Source of the DNA: an uncultured Candidatus Saccharimonas sp.
GTDB taxonomy: Bacteria; Patescibacteriota; Saccharimonadia; Saccharimonadales; Saccharimonadaceae
DNA: 32,000 bases
NCBI GenBank assembly: GCA_963528875.1
Contig: CAURWT010000002.1
Span: 150,001 to 182,000 of the forward strand
Direction of reading: 5' to 3'
This document shows, one piece after another, positions 1 to 9,238 of this stretch. How positions within the stretch are numbered: position 1 is the first letter of the stretch; each line of letters opens with the position of its first letter. The notes beneath the pieces are model-generated. The model had not been told where the DNA came from, did no database searches, and saw nothing but the letters and a program-made list of their open reading frames with translations. Made by a program: the position numbers and the translations under genes.

Positions 1-77
1 TTTTTTTGCTTTCAAGATTAAGCTTTAAGCTCGCTTTTTCAAGCTCATTTAAAATTTCGCCAACGCGAGCTTTCAGC

Positions 78-509
78 TTATCCATAATTTATTTCTTTGC
101 CGCCTTCTTCAGCTTCTGCTTCAGTATCATCGTCTGTGAAAAGTTTTTCAACAAACAAAAGTACGAAATATACAACGAATGCAATTACTAAAAAGTTAAT
201 GACATCGTTTAAAAATGCACCATAAGAAAGAACTGCTTCTTTACCTGCTGGTGTTTTTCCCATATTCCAAACAACACCTTTCAAACCTTCGGCTGATCCA
301 AGAATGAAACCAAGTGGTGGCATAATGATATTATTAATCAAAGACTTAACAAGATCGCCAGAAGCCGTACCGAGAATTAAACCGATCGCCATTCCGATCA
401 ATCCTTGATCTTTAATAAATTTTTTAAAACCCGCAAATTGTGCTTTTGGGTCTACTGCTTTTAATTTTAAAGCAGATTTCTTTGTAGATTTAGCTTGTTT
501 TTTAGTCAT
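78..509 (-). CDS. mscL: Large-conductance mechanosensitive channel MscL
   Basis: 143 aa. MscL core GFKKFI..GLIGMAIGLILGTASGDLVKSLINNIIMPPLG plus second TM NFLVIAFVVYFVLLF. Lys-rich N-terminal extension, acidic tail, and only one possible ATG. Confidence 0.9.
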   Translation of the reverse strand: MTKKQAKSTKKSALKLKAVDPKAQFAGFKKFIKDQGLIGMAIGLILGTASGDLVKSLINNIIMPPLGFILGSAEGLKGVVWNMGKTPAGKEAVLSYGAFLNDVINFLVIAFVVYFVLLFVEKLFTDDDTEAEAEEGGKEINYG

Positions 510-516
510 AATATAA

Positions 517-545
517 ATTTTATCATAAAAGGTTTACATTTTCAA
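517..545 (-). promoter_or_regulatory. mscL promoter inside the murD 3' end: TTGAAA (540-545), 17 nt, TGaTAAAAT (517-525). The -10 ends 7 nt before the ATG.
   Basis: Reverse complement of 510-545 reads TTGAAA-N17-TAAAAT-ttatatt-ATG. There is no Shine-Dalgarno in the 7-nt gap. Confidence 0.6.
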
Positions 546-1857
546 CAAATTGTTCACCGCGATCAACATAACTTTTAAACATATCAAAACTGGCATGAGC
601 AGGGCTTAAAATAATCACATCACCACTTTTTGCGTTTTCGAAAGCGGTTTTTACAACTTCTTGCATATTTGTTTTTGTGCCTAAATTTATAAACCGCTCG
701 AATCCGCTTGATATCAATTTCTGGGCTAGTTTTTCAGATTCTGCCCCCATTAAAATTACCTTTCGAAGCTCTTGCTCTGGCATTTTTGCAATTTTTCCAA
801 TCAGTTCACTTAGATCGGCGCCTTTATTGCTTCCACCAAGAATTAGAATTTTTGGCTTTTCGAAAGAATTTAGTGCAGCAATCGCACTACCCGGTGTGGT
901 TGCAATGGAATCATCATAAAATCGCACACCTTCAAACTTACGAACAAATTTTAACCGATGTGGTAAACCTGTAAATTTCGAAAGCCCCTCTCGCCAAAAA
1001 TCGAAGATTTCCTCAATTTCGAAACCCTCTTCACGCAAAAAATCAAAGGTTGCAATCATTGCAGCACAAGCATTTTTTTGATTGTGTTCGCCTGGAATTT
1101 TCAAAATATCAGTTTCGAAGAGAACTTCATCTCCCCATAAAAAATGATCTTCTTGAATATGGGCTAAATTGTAGTTCTGAAAAGGCTGAAGTTCCGCCTT
1201 GAGTTGATTTTTTAAGTTTTCAACATTTTTTAAAACTATTGGATTTTCAGCATTAAAAATAAAAAAATCATTCTCGGTTTGATTTTTAGCAATATTCATT
1301 TTTGCCGCCACATAATCTTCAAAATCATCATGAACGTCAAGGTGATCAACTTCAAGATTATTTAAAATTGCAATATGCGGCGATTTTTGAGCATCCCAAA
1401 GCTGAAAACTGCTGAGTTCATAAATCACGGCATCATCTTTTTGAATTTTCGAAAGCTCATTAAGTGCTGGTAAGCCAATATTGCCAACAAGATGAATACT
1501 TAAACCAACTGCACGCAAAATTTCAGCAATAAAACTCGACACAGTTCCCTTGCCTTTTGAGCCAGTTACACCAATAATTGGTGCTGGGCATTTTTCGAAG
1601 AATAAATTTGTAACAGATGTAATTTTAGTATTTTTCGGCAAACGGCTAGGATTAACTGCGGGTGTTCGCACGATCAAATCTGCTTGAATTTTTGAAAAAT
1701 CATGAAAATCACCAAAGAATTTAACGCCACTTGGTAGCTCAATTTTACTTTTTGGGTTTTCGTCATAAATTTCAAAAGTATTATTTTGATCAATACTTTT
1801 GAAATAATCATAAGCACTTTTTGCCTCGAGCCCAAAACCAATTAATGCAATTTTCAT
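523..1857 (-). CDS. murD: UDP-N-acetylmuramoylalanine--D-glutamate ligase MurD
   Basis: 444 aa. N-terminal Rossmann-like MKIALIGFGLEAKSA, Mur-ligase P-loop GVTGSKGKGT, DHLD motif, and MurD-typical GLPHRLKFV..EGVRFYDDSIATTPGSAIAAL. SD AAAAGGAG lies upstream. Confidence 0.85.
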   Translation of the reverse strand: MKIALIGFGLEAKSAYDYFKSIDQNNTFEIYDENPKSKIELPSGVKFFGDFHDFSKIQADLIVRTPAVNPSRLPKNTKITSVTNLFFEKCPAPIIGVTGSKGKGTVSSFIAEILRAVGLSIHLVGNIGLPALNELSKIQKDDAVIYELSSFQLWDAQKSPHIAILNNLEVDHLDVHDDFEDYVAAKMNIAKNQTENDFFIFNAENPIVLKNVENLKNQLKAELQPFQNYNLAHIQEDHFLWGDEVLFETDILKIPGEHNQKNACAAMIATFDFLREEGFEIEEIFDFWREGLSKFTGLPHRLKFVRKFEGVRFYDDSIATTPGSAIAALNSFEKPKILILGGSNKGADLSELIGKIAKMPEQELRKVILMGAESEKLAQKLISSGFERFINLGTKTNMQEVVKTAFENAKSGDVIILSPAHASFDMFKSYVDRGEQFVENVNLL

Positions 1858-1911
1858 ATTTCTCCTTTTAGTTTAGATTATCTTTATTTTATTTTAGCAT
1901 ATTTCATGCAA

Positions 1912-1948
1912 AAAAACACCCCTTCCATTTTTTTGGAAGAGTGTTTTT
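1912..1948 (-). terminator. Intrinsic terminator downstream of the 823-aa membrane protein gene
   Basis: Imperfect inverted repeat AAAAACACcccTTCCA / TGGAAgaGTGTTTTT. On the minus strand it is followed by a T-run. Confidence 0.6.
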
Positions 1949-1952
1949 ACAT

Positions 1953-4424
1953 TTAGTTAGCACCAAATTTTCTGTTTGATTTAGTTGGATCGCTCGCAGT
2001 TTGCCGAGGTTGGATATTTTGATTACTATTATTTATCGGCTGCGAGGCTTGGCTAACTCGTGCTGCAGGCGCACTATACGTAACGGAGCTGGAACCGGAA
2101 GCAGTAGCAGAAGAGCCAGTCTGAGCTTGTTGTGGAGCCGATGTTTGCGAAGTATGTAATTGAGCCAGCTTTTGCATTGCCATAAAGTTAGCTTGCTGAT
2201 CTGGTGTTAGAGACATTGTTCCATTTGCATTAGCGGTAAGAGCTTGCTCGGCAATCTTGCCCATATTCTGCGCTTGCGAAATCTTACTTTGGTCACCACT
2301 ATTAAATGCGCTTTGCATTGCCTTAAACGCTTTATTGTCATTAACATTTGCGCTAGACATGTCAGACCAATCAGCCATTTGTTTAGCACTTGCACCTGAG
2401 TATGTTGAAATATCATTTTCGAAATCTTGAACAGATTTAATATTTCCTGAAGAAAAATCTTGCATGACTGCTTTTGCTGCAGCAGGGTTAACCTTCTTAA
2501 TATCACCACCCGCTTTTGAGGCAATTTGAGCTGCGATAGCACGACTTTGGTCTACATCGCCGATACTTAACGCACTGTTTGCGATATTACTCATAGCAGC
2601 GGCCTGACCAGCAGTGTTCAAACCGGAATTAGTAACTGCTTGAGCAAGAGCTCCATACATCAACCTCTGCTGACCTGGATCTTTAACTTTCGAAATCTTA
2701 TCAAGCTCATTATTAACCATCGAGGCATTATTTCCGATACTATATGTCATAGCGGCAACCATTCCCTCATTTTGGCTCTTTTCGTAGCTAGCAACTCTAG
2801 AACCGTATCGTGCTCGCCTTCGATAGTCCGCCGCAGTTTTATTTTTCTTTTTATCTAGCTTTTCAAGAGCAGCTTTATCTCTTTCGTATTGACCTTCTTC
2901 GAATTTATCGTTTCTGGCATTTTTACCAATAGCAATACCACCAATAGTTCTATCCAAAGCTTTTGCCCTTGAAGCTCTAGCCCAGTTTGAATCTTGCGCC
3001 GCTGCATTAATACGACCGCTCATCTTACCTAGAGCACCACGCAAGTTTCCGCCAGTTAAGCCGTCAATAAACGAAAGCACAGTTTTAATAATTGCAATAA
3101 TTGCAAATAGTGACAATATGGGCAAAACACCATAAATAATTTTGAGTAGAGGGTCATCAACCACACCATACAGTAAATTAGAGACAAACAAAGCGCCACC
3201 GACTATTAATGAACAAATCGGGTAAATCATTAGCATATTTTTTGTAAGCTTGATCCACTTTTTGAATAATCCTTCTGTATTCGGCAACAACCCTGCAACA
3301 AAAGCTAAAGGAGAAGTTACTACAAGAACAATAACCGCCGCTTCCCTTATCATTAATATAAACACAGTCATAACAACGGCGAGCGCCGCAGAGGCAATAA
3401 ACAGAAGAATTGTAGCTCCGCCAACAAGAGCAGCAGTAACTCCAGCAGCAATAAGTGCACCTGTTGCTACAGTACCTGTTAGAATTCCTTCAACAGGAGA
3501 TGTTTCTTTTTGAACATCACTCGAAAAGCTCCAATTTCCATCATTTGATAACCATTTAAATAAAGTACTACCAACAATATTTGAAATATCAATAGCAATT
3601 ACAACAATATACCAAGAAATATTAACTAAAATTGCATAGATAATAATTTTTGGCAGCATCTTCTTAATACCATAGCTAGAAATCCCTACACCAGTTACTT
3701 GCGAGAAAATTATTATTGCAATCATAATTACAAAAAATATATTTGCAATATCTCTAAATGTTACCCAGTGTTTAAATGCTTCTTGCCCCTTTCCAGAATT
3801 TGAGAAAAGTTGATCAGACTTAATATTTAAGAAATTTGCTTGCATGAAATTATACAGACCTACAACAACACCAGTCGAACCACGAACAATCGGGCAAACA
3901 ATCCAACCAATCCATTCAATAGCGCACGAATTTTTGTCTTTATTAGATTCCTTAGTTTGCTTGTCCATTTCCTCAATTGCAGCCTTGGCTTCATTATTCT
4001 TTTTAGTCCAATCGCCATCGTTTATTGCGGGAGAATAATTACATTTTTTCTTGAGCTCATTAAGTTTCTTCTCGTCAACACCGGCAGCTTTAGCCTTTTT
4101 GTACGCCTCTTCACATTTAATTCTATCATTATTAGCTGTATTATTTCTTACGTCCTGCTGGGTTTTATCTGTTGTAGGTTGCGAAGATCTACCAGTTGGG
4201 GTTGTAGGAACAACCTGATTGTCTTTTTTTCTTTTTTCTTCTATTTCTCTATTCTTCTTCTCTTGCTCTGCTTTTTTCTTAACTTCATCAGGTGTAACAA
4301 AATTACTGTTAGGATTAGTCAAATCTATAGCATTTGCAAAATTATTACTAAAAAAAGAAAAAAATACTAAAAAAATAACTATTAAAACTTTTTTATTTTT
4401 CAACCCAACCCAAAAACTTTTCAT
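1953..4424 (-). CDS. Large multi-pass membrane protein (823 aa). The VirB6/ConG/TcpH-like architecture is speculative.
   Basis: Signal peptide ending ..NNFANA, then a Lys/Glu-rich charged region and about 7 hydrophobic spans (e.g. IANIFFVIMIAIIIFSQV, IIIYAILVNISWYIVVIAI, AAVIVLVVTSPLAFVAGLL). A roughly 350-aa Ala/Ser/Gln/Asn-rich low-complexity tail follows. I recognise no catalytic motif. Confidence 0.75.
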   Translation of the reverse strand: MKSFWVGLKNKKVLIVIFLVFFSFFSNNFANAIDLTNPNSNFVTPDEVKKKAEQEKKNREIEEKRKKDNQVVPTTPTGRSSQPTTDKTQQDVRNNTANNDRIKCEEAYKKAKAAGVDEKKLNELKKKCNYSPAINDGDWTKKNNEAKAAIEEMDKQTKESNKDKNSCAIEWIGWIVCPIVRGSTGVVVGLYNFMQANFLNIKSDQLFSNSGKGQEAFKHWVTFRDIANIFFVIMIAIIIFSQVTGVGISSYGIKKMLPKIIIYAILVNISWYIVVIAIDISNIVGSTLFKWLSNDGNWSFSSDVQKETSPVEGILTGTVATGALIAAGVTAALVGGATILLFIASAALAVVMTVFILMIREAAVIVLVVTSPLAFVAGLLPNTEGLFKKWIKLTKNMLMIYPICSLIVGGALFVSNLLYGVVDDPLLKIIYGVLPILSLFAIIAIIKTVLSFIDGLTGGNLRGALGKMSGRINAAAQDSNWARASRAKALDRTIGGIAIGKNARNDKFEEGQYERDKAALEKLDKKKNKTAADYRRRARYGSRVASYEKSQNEGMVAAMTYSIGNNASMVNNELDKISKVKDPGQQRLMYGALAQAVTNSGLNTAGQAAAMSNIANSALSIGDVDQSRAIAAQIASKAGGDIKKVNPAAAKAVMQDFSSGNIKSVQDFENDISTYSGASAKQMADWSDMSSANVNDNKAFKAMQSAFNSGDQSKISQAQNMGKIAEQALTANANGTMSLTPDQQANFMAMQKLAQLHTSQTSAPQQAQTGSSATASGSSSVTYSAPAARVSQASQPINNSNQNIQPRQTASDPTKSNRKFGAN

Positions 4425-4433
4425 AATGCTTAT

Positions 4434-4462
4434 ATTTAATCACAAAAAAGCAAAAAAATCAA
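4434..4462 (-). promoter_or_regulatory. Promoter of the 823-aa membrane protein gene: TTGATT (4457-4462), 17 nt, TGaTTAAAT (4434-4442). The -10 ends 9 nt before the ATG.
   Basis: Reverse complement reads TTGATT-N17-TTAAAT-ataagcatt-ATG, with no SD. Confidence 0.55.
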
Positions 4463-4483
4463 TATAGTTATGCTTTTTGCCAT

Positions 4484-4511
4484 AAAAAATAGCCTGCAAT
4501 TTTGCAAGCTA
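4484..4511 (-). terminator. Intrinsic terminator downstream of the DUF2207-like gene
   Basis: On the minus strand the stem TAGCTTGCAA/TTGCAGGCTA has one G-U pair and is followed by TTTTTT. Confidence 0.65.
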
Positions 4512-4546
4512 CTTTTCGAAATTCTGCTTTATAGAAAGGTGCAGTT

Positions 4547-6439
4547 TTACCAACCGCCACCTCCGCCGCCGCCAGCGCCTCCGCCGGAGAATCCGCCGCC
4601 TCCGCCAGAGCTACTCGAACTTGGTGCAGAATAACTGTTCATTGCACTATTAAAGCTGTTCAAGCTGTTCGAAAATACCATAGCATTAAACGCTGTTGAG
4701 CCAACATACCAATCTGGTAGGTAATCTTCATCTTGAAATTGTAATTCAAGTACCTTCGCCCAAGATTTCTCTAGCCCAAACAACGCTGCCCAAGGTAAAA
4801 GTTTTTCATAAAGTTTTACGCGAGAGCCATCAAATTCAGTATGGAATCTTTCAGAATTCTGCAGGCTTTGCGAGAACATTAACCGTTCGCTTTCTGCCAC
4901 CGAAATATAAAGCTTTAAACCTTCAAGATAATTCTTTGCTTCAAAACCTTTACGAGATAGAATTTTTATATTTGAAATAGTAAATATTAAAATTGAAAGT
5001 GCGACGGCTGCAATGAAAGAATATATAGCTATCGTAAACCAAGGCGAAATAGTTGAAATAAAATTAACCAGTATTCCATTTGCAAATAACAATACTACAG
5101 ATAAAACGATCACTCCACCGGCAAAAAACTGAGAAGTGCTGAAAACTGCTGGCTTTTCTTGAACATAGTAAGAAGTTCCGCTAAATGCAGAATTCAAAAC
5201 TTTCGAAGAAATATCAGAGGCTTGCATACTGCTCATTTGTTTAGATAAATCAATCTCAGTTTTACTTCTAAAAAATGAATTTAATAATGAAAGCATGTCT
5301 TGATTCAAATTATCTCGATTTAATAGCTGAATTATATAGCTCTTTTTCTCACCACCCAAAAAGCCCTTTGAAGTTTTTTCAACAATCTGAATATTGCGGT
5401 TCACTGCAAAAAATAGCATTGCAGCAGTAAGTTTTTTATTTGATTTTACTAAGTTTCCCGCATCCAAAATATCTAATTCTTTAATTTTTGGCGGCAAATA
5501 TTGCGGAACAACCGCTTTCGAAACCTTGTTTTCTCTCTTAACTGAATTATATTTTAAAATAACCCGAATAGCAAAGAATAATGTAATTACCACCAAAATT
5601 ACTGCCAAAATTCCAAAAATTATTGTATTTACATCGATACCGCTCACCTCTGGTTGGGTAAATTTATTATTAAAGTCAATTTCAAAAGTTAGATTCTCAC
5701 CAGCTTGGACATCTTTTTGTGAGAACTTAAAGACCCCCTCTTCCGGCTTACGTTCAAAAATATTACACTTTTCAGTTGAACCTTGTATTCCAGCGAAACA
5801 TCTCACCGTACCATTAAATTCTTTCAAAACTGATGAATCTAAATTAACTGTTGCAATAACTTCATTAAAAGGCCGCTTCCACTGAGTACCATTGGTGTTC
5901 ATAATCAATTTTTGTACACCGCCATCTGTTAACAGTAGATTTCTAAACCGATATTTTAGCTGATAATTATGCCTTCCGTAAACGAAACTTCCGCTTTCAC
6001 CAATTCGAAATACGATATTTCCACCACTTTCATAAGTTGAATATGAAACTTTTTTGCCATCCATTTCAATTTCAGCTTTACCATCAAAAATAGTTTTACC
6101 ATTAAAAAACCGCGGAATTGCACGCTCGATTCCATGATTTATCCCATCATTAATAAAATATGTCGAAATATTTTCAGTAATTTCAAGGTTTGTATTTCCT
6201 TTTTGGTCGGCACTAAAATTATATTTTGCATCAAACTTTGAAAAAATAATATTATAATTTTTTATTCGTTGTTCAGCTTCTTCAGCATCACGACTCCGCC
6301 GTCTTCTGGCAAAAGCTTGATTTGAAAAACTACTAAAAGTAAAACTAAAAGCCAAAACCGCCACTAAAAATAGTGGCATAATTTTGGTGATTTTTCGAAT
6401 AAAATTATTTTGTAATTTCATTGTCGGTTGTTCCTGCAT
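4547..6439 (-). CDS. DUF2207-family membrane protein. The start is probably the ATG at 6421.
   Basis: N-terminal signal/TM MKLQNNFIRKITKIMPLFLVAVLAFSF, a large extracytoplasmic domain, TM spans in the middle and C-terminal parts, and a characteristic Gly-rich C-terminus SSSSGGGGGFSGGGAGGGGGGGW. It overlaps the ldhA 3' end by 17-35 nt. Confidence 0.75.
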   Translation of the reverse strand: MQEQPTMKLQNNFIRKITKIMPLFLVAVLAFSFTFSSFSNQAFARRRRSRDAEEAEQRIKNYNIIFSKFDAKYNFSADQKGNTNLEITENISTYFINDGINHGIERAIPRFFNGKTIFDGKAEIEMDGKKVSYSTYESGGNIVFRIGESGSFVYGRHNYQLKYRFRNLLLTDGGVQKLIMNTNGTQWKRPFNEVIATVNLDSSVLKEFNGTVRCFAGIQGSTEKCNIFERKPEEGVFKFSQKDVQAGENLTFEIDFNNKFTQPEVSGIDVNTIIFGILAVILVVITLFFAIRVILKYNSVKRENKVSKAVVPQYLPPKIKELDILDAGNLVKSNKKLTAAMLFFAVNRNIQIVEKTSKGFLGGEKKSYIIQLLNRDNLNQDMLSLLNSFFRSKTEIDLSKQMSSMQASDISSKVLNSAFSGTSYYVQEKPAVFSTSQFFAGGVIVLSVVLLFANGILVNFISTISPWFTIAIYSFIAAVALSILIFTISNIKILSRKGFEAKNYLEGLKLYISVAESERLMFSQSLQNSERFHTEFDGSRVKLYEKLLPWAALFGLEKSWAKVLELQFQDEDYLPDWYVGSTAFNAMVFSNSLNSFNSAMNSYSAPSSSSSGGGGGFSGGGAGGGGGGGW

Positions 6440-7394
6440 TTTTAAAATTAATTAAATTCTCAGTTGACATTTTTACCATATTCTGCACGGCAACATCTGT
6501 ATTAAACGCAACGTGTGGAGTAATAATAACATTCGGAAAGTTCGCTAGATCGCGATAAACAGCATCCTTAATAATTTTTCCACTCAAATCTTTTCGAATT
6601 AGATTCTTTTCATGCTCAAAAACATCAAGGCCGGCTGCTGCAACTTTTCCGCTCACCAAAGCATCTCGCAAATCTCTGGAGTTAATGTGTCCACCACGCG
6701 CAGTATTAATAATGACTACTCCATCTTTCATTTTCGAAATACTTTCTGCGTTAATAATGTGGCGATTTTCTGGTGTTAGAGGAATATGAAGTGAAATTAA
6801 ATCACTTTCCGCAAAAACTTCATCTAAACTTTTATATTCCAAAATTTCACGAGCAGCATAATTTTCGAAAGTATCATAAGCAATTATTTTTGCGCCAAAA
6901 GCTTTAAAAGCCTTTGCGGTTGTTAAGCCAATATGGCCCACACCAATAATTCCAATGGTCATTGTATTAAGTTCGCGACCCATCAAATTATCTACCGAAA
7001 AGTTCTGATTTTTGGCGCGCGAAAGACAAAGTGGAATTTTTCGAATTGTTGCTAGTGCCAATGCAACAGCAAATTCAGCAATTGCGCTTGGCGAATATTG
7101 AGGTACATTCGAAATTTTAATACCGAAACTTTTAGCTTTTTCAATATCAATTCCATCAAACCCGGCCGTCCGAACAGTAAAATAAGAAATTCCCATTTTC
7201 GAAAGAGTTTCCCAAACATCATTGAGTTCTTCGCTTGAAGTATAAGATGAAACCGCGTCAAAACCTTCAGCCAATTTTACAGTTTCAGCGTTTAAATCTT
7301 TTGGAGTTGTAGCATATTCAATACCAAACTGCTCCGCGAATTTTTCGAAATATTGGAGCTCATCTTTTCGTACACTATAAGCAATAATTTTCAT
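6405..7394 (-). CDS. ldhA: D-lactate dehydrogenase / D-isomer-specific 2-hydroxyacid dehydrogenase
   Basis: 329 aa. N-terminus MKIIAYSVRKDELQYF resembles lactobacillal D-LDH. NAD fold GIIGVGHIGLTTAKAFKAFGAKIIAYD, and catalytic-region motifs NTARGG, LDVFEHE, TPHVAFNT. Confidence 0.8.
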   Translation of the reverse strand: MKIIAYSVRKDELQYFEKFAEQFGIEYATTPKDLNAETVKLAEGFDAVSSYTSSEELNDVWETLSKMGISYFTVRTAGFDGIDIEKAKSFGIKISNVPQYSPSAIAEFAVALALATIRKIPLCLSRAKNQNFSVDNLMGRELNTMTIGIIGVGHIGLTTAKAFKAFGAKIIAYDTFENYAAREILEYKSLDEVFAESDLISLHIPLTPENRHIINAESISKMKDGVVIINTARGGHINSRDLRDALVSGKVAAAGLDVFEHEKNLIRKDLSGKIIKDAVYRDLANFPNVIITPHVAFNTDVAVQNMVKMSTENLINFKNAGTTDNEITK

Positions 7395-7400
7395 ACATCA

Positions 7401-7429
7401 ATTATAATGCTTATACTTGCTTTTTTCAA
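7401..7429 (-). promoter_or_regulatory. ldhA promoter: TTGAAA (7424-7429), 17 nt, TATAAT (7401-7406). The -10 ends 6 nt before the ATG.
   Basis: Reverse complement of 7395-7429 reads TTGAAA-aaagcaagtataagcat-TATAAT-tgatgt-ATG, with no SD. Confidence 0.7.
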
Positions 7430-7438
7430 GAGCTGATA

Positions 7439-8689
7439 TTATTTTACGAATTTTTCAAAAAGTTCTTCTCTTGAGAGCAATTCAACTTCACCATTTGCAC
7501 GCTTTACAACTTCAAATTTTCCACTTTCAAGCAAACGATCAGAAATTGTCAACCGATATGGAATACCCATTAATTCGGCGTCAGCAAATTTTTGACCTGG
7601 GCGAAGATTGCGGTCATCAAATAGAACCTCAATTCCCTTTTTCGAAAATTCATTATAAATTTCTTCTGCTAATTCTTGCGATTTTTCACCAATTTGCACA
7701 AGGTAAATTTTTGCTGGAGCAATATTTTCTGGCCAAATTAAACCTTTTTCATCACTAAATTTTTCAGCAATAACACCCATCACGCGAGTGATTCCAATTC
7801 CATAAGATCCCATCCAGGCTGATTTTCGTTCACCATTTTTATCGGTGAAATAAAGCCCCATTTCATCAGTTTTTTGCGTGCCAAAGTTGAAGATATTTCC
7901 GACTTCTGCAGTTTTAACCTTTTCTAATCCTTCTTTCGAACTAATTTCGCCAGCTTCAATTGCTTGGTCTAAAATTTCTTCGTTAAAAGCAAGAATTTTT
8001 TCGCCGTCACGCTTCAAATAAACATAATCTTCACCAGCATCGCAAATTGTTTGAAATTCGTGACTGAATTTCGTAAATGCTCCGCCACTAGCAAATGTCA
8101 CAAAAGTATCTTCACCCAAACCGAGACGTTCGAAAATTCGCTCATATGCTTTCGAAACTTTAGAATAATAGCTTTCCAAATCTTCTTTAGTTTCGTGAAT
8201 TGAATACAGATCTTTCATCAAAAATTCGCGACCGCGCATAATTCCACTTTTCGCACGGAGCTCGTTTCGCATTTTATTTTGAAATTGAAAAACCGAAATT
8301 GGCAAATCTTTATAAGATTGAATATGATTCTTAAGCATTTCAACAATTGGTTCTTCGTGGCTCCACCCTAATCCAACCTCTGTCTTATCTTTCAGATTGG
8401 TTTTAAACCAAACATCTACAGCATCATCGCTCCAGCGAGTTGTGCGTTCCCAAACTTCACGGCGTTGAAGCGTCGTCATCAAAATCTCATTTGCATCGAT
8501 TTTTTCAAGCTCTTCACGCACGATTTTTTTAATGTTTTCTAGCACTTTAAAACCAAGCGGTAAATAATCATAAGCACCCGCCATTTCTTTATGAACAAAT
8601 CCAGCTTTAATTAAAAGTTGCGCATTCTTAGCTTCTTCACCAGATGGAACTGTTTTGCTTGTTTTTGTATATAATTTTGATAATCGCAT
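7439..8689 (-). CDS. proS: Prolyl-tRNA synthetase, bacterial type, lacking the INS editing domain (416 aa)
   Basis: Collinear with E. coli ProRS at the N-terminus (LLIKAGFV.., SHEEPIVEM, REFLMKDLYS, SHEFQ..AGED) and the C-terminal part (GNIFNFGTQ, GSYGIGITRV, IWPENIAP). Only about 35 aa sit where the roughly 180-aa INS domain normally lies. SD AAAAGGAG. Confidence 0.9.
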   Translation of the reverse strand: MRLSKLYTKTSKTVPSGEEAKNAQLLIKAGFVHKEMAGAYDYLPLGFKVLENIKKIVREELEKIDANEILMTTLQRREVWERTTRWSDDAVDVWFKTNLKDKTEVGLGWSHEEPIVEMLKNHIQSYKDLPISVFQFQNKMRNELRAKSGIMRGREFLMKDLYSIHETKEDLESYYSKVSKAYERIFERLGLGEDTFVTFASGGAFTKFSHEFQTICDAGEDYVYLKRDGEKILAFNEEILDQAIEAGEISSKEGLEKVKTAEVGNIFNFGTQKTDEMGLYFTDKNGERKSAWMGSYGIGITRVMGVIAEKFSDEKGLIWPENIAPAKIYLVQIGEKSQELAEEIYNEFSKKGIEVLFDDRNLRPGQKFADAELMGIPYRLTISDRLLESGKFEVVKRANGEVELLSREELFEKFVK

Positions 8690-8704
8690 AAAATCTCCTT
8701 TTCG

Positions 8705-8737
8705 AAAAATAAAACTCGGCTGAATTGGCCAACCGAG
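8705..8737 (-). terminator. Terminator-like hairpin plus T-run downstream of greA, immediately upstream of the proS SD
   Basis: Minus-strand stem CTCGGTTG/CAGCCGAG (one G-U) followed by TTTTATTTTT. It ends about 15 nt before the proS SD. Confidence 0.55.
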
Positions 8738-8746
8738 CTTTAAAAA

Positions 8747-9208
8747 TTAGTTAATTTCTGTAATTTCGTATTTGATTACACCTTTTGGTGTCGTAATATC
8801 TACTTCTTCGCCGAGCTTTTTGCCCATAATCTGTTGACCGATTGGTGATTCATTCGAAATCTTACCCTCAAGGGGGTTTGCTTCAACCGCACCGACCATT
8901 GTATATTTTACCTCTTTACCGTTTTCTAGGTTTTTTAAGCTAACCTGATTGCCAAGAGAAACAACACCCTTTTCACCACCACCAATGATCACAGCATTTT
9001 GCAAAATGTTTTCAATTTCCATAATTCGAGATTCTGCTAAAGCTTGTTTTTTGCGAGCAGCATCATATTCTGAATTTTCACGCAAATCACCAAAATCACG
9101 TGCAGTAGCAACTTCTTCTGAAATTTCTTTACGTTGCGAAATCAAAAGCTCTAGTTCAGCTTCGAGTTCTTTTTTTCCTATTTTTGTAATATTAAATTCT
9201 TGTTTCAT
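8747..9208 (-). CDS. greA: Transcription elongation factor GreA
   Basis: 153 aa, with an N-terminal coiled-coil carrying GDLRENSEYDAARKKQ and a C-terminal FKBP-like domain. Confidence 0.9.
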   Translation of the reverse strand: MKQEFNITKIGKKELEAELELLISQRKEISEEVATARDFGDLRENSEYDAARKKQALAESRIMEIENILQNAVIIGGGEKGVVSLGNQVSLKNLENGKEVKYTMVGAVEANPLEGKISNESPIGQQIMGKKLGEEVDITTPKGVIKYEITEIN

Positions 9209-9238
9209 AAAATAAAAATCCTCTAAATAAGTCTTATA

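Noticed and set aside
3840-4370. 176-aa plus-strand ORF (with 3844-4038 and 4219-4467) inside the membrane-protein gene
   Set aside because: It is antisense to a long, well-supported minus-strand CDS. The translation is low-complexity and Phe/Ile/Leu-rich, typical of shadow ORFs in AT-rich DNA, and there is no promoter or SD.
5394-5885. 163-aa plus-strand ORF antisense to the DUF2207 gene
   Set aside because: Shadow ORF with no start signals, fully embedded in a CDS that has a recognisable family signature.
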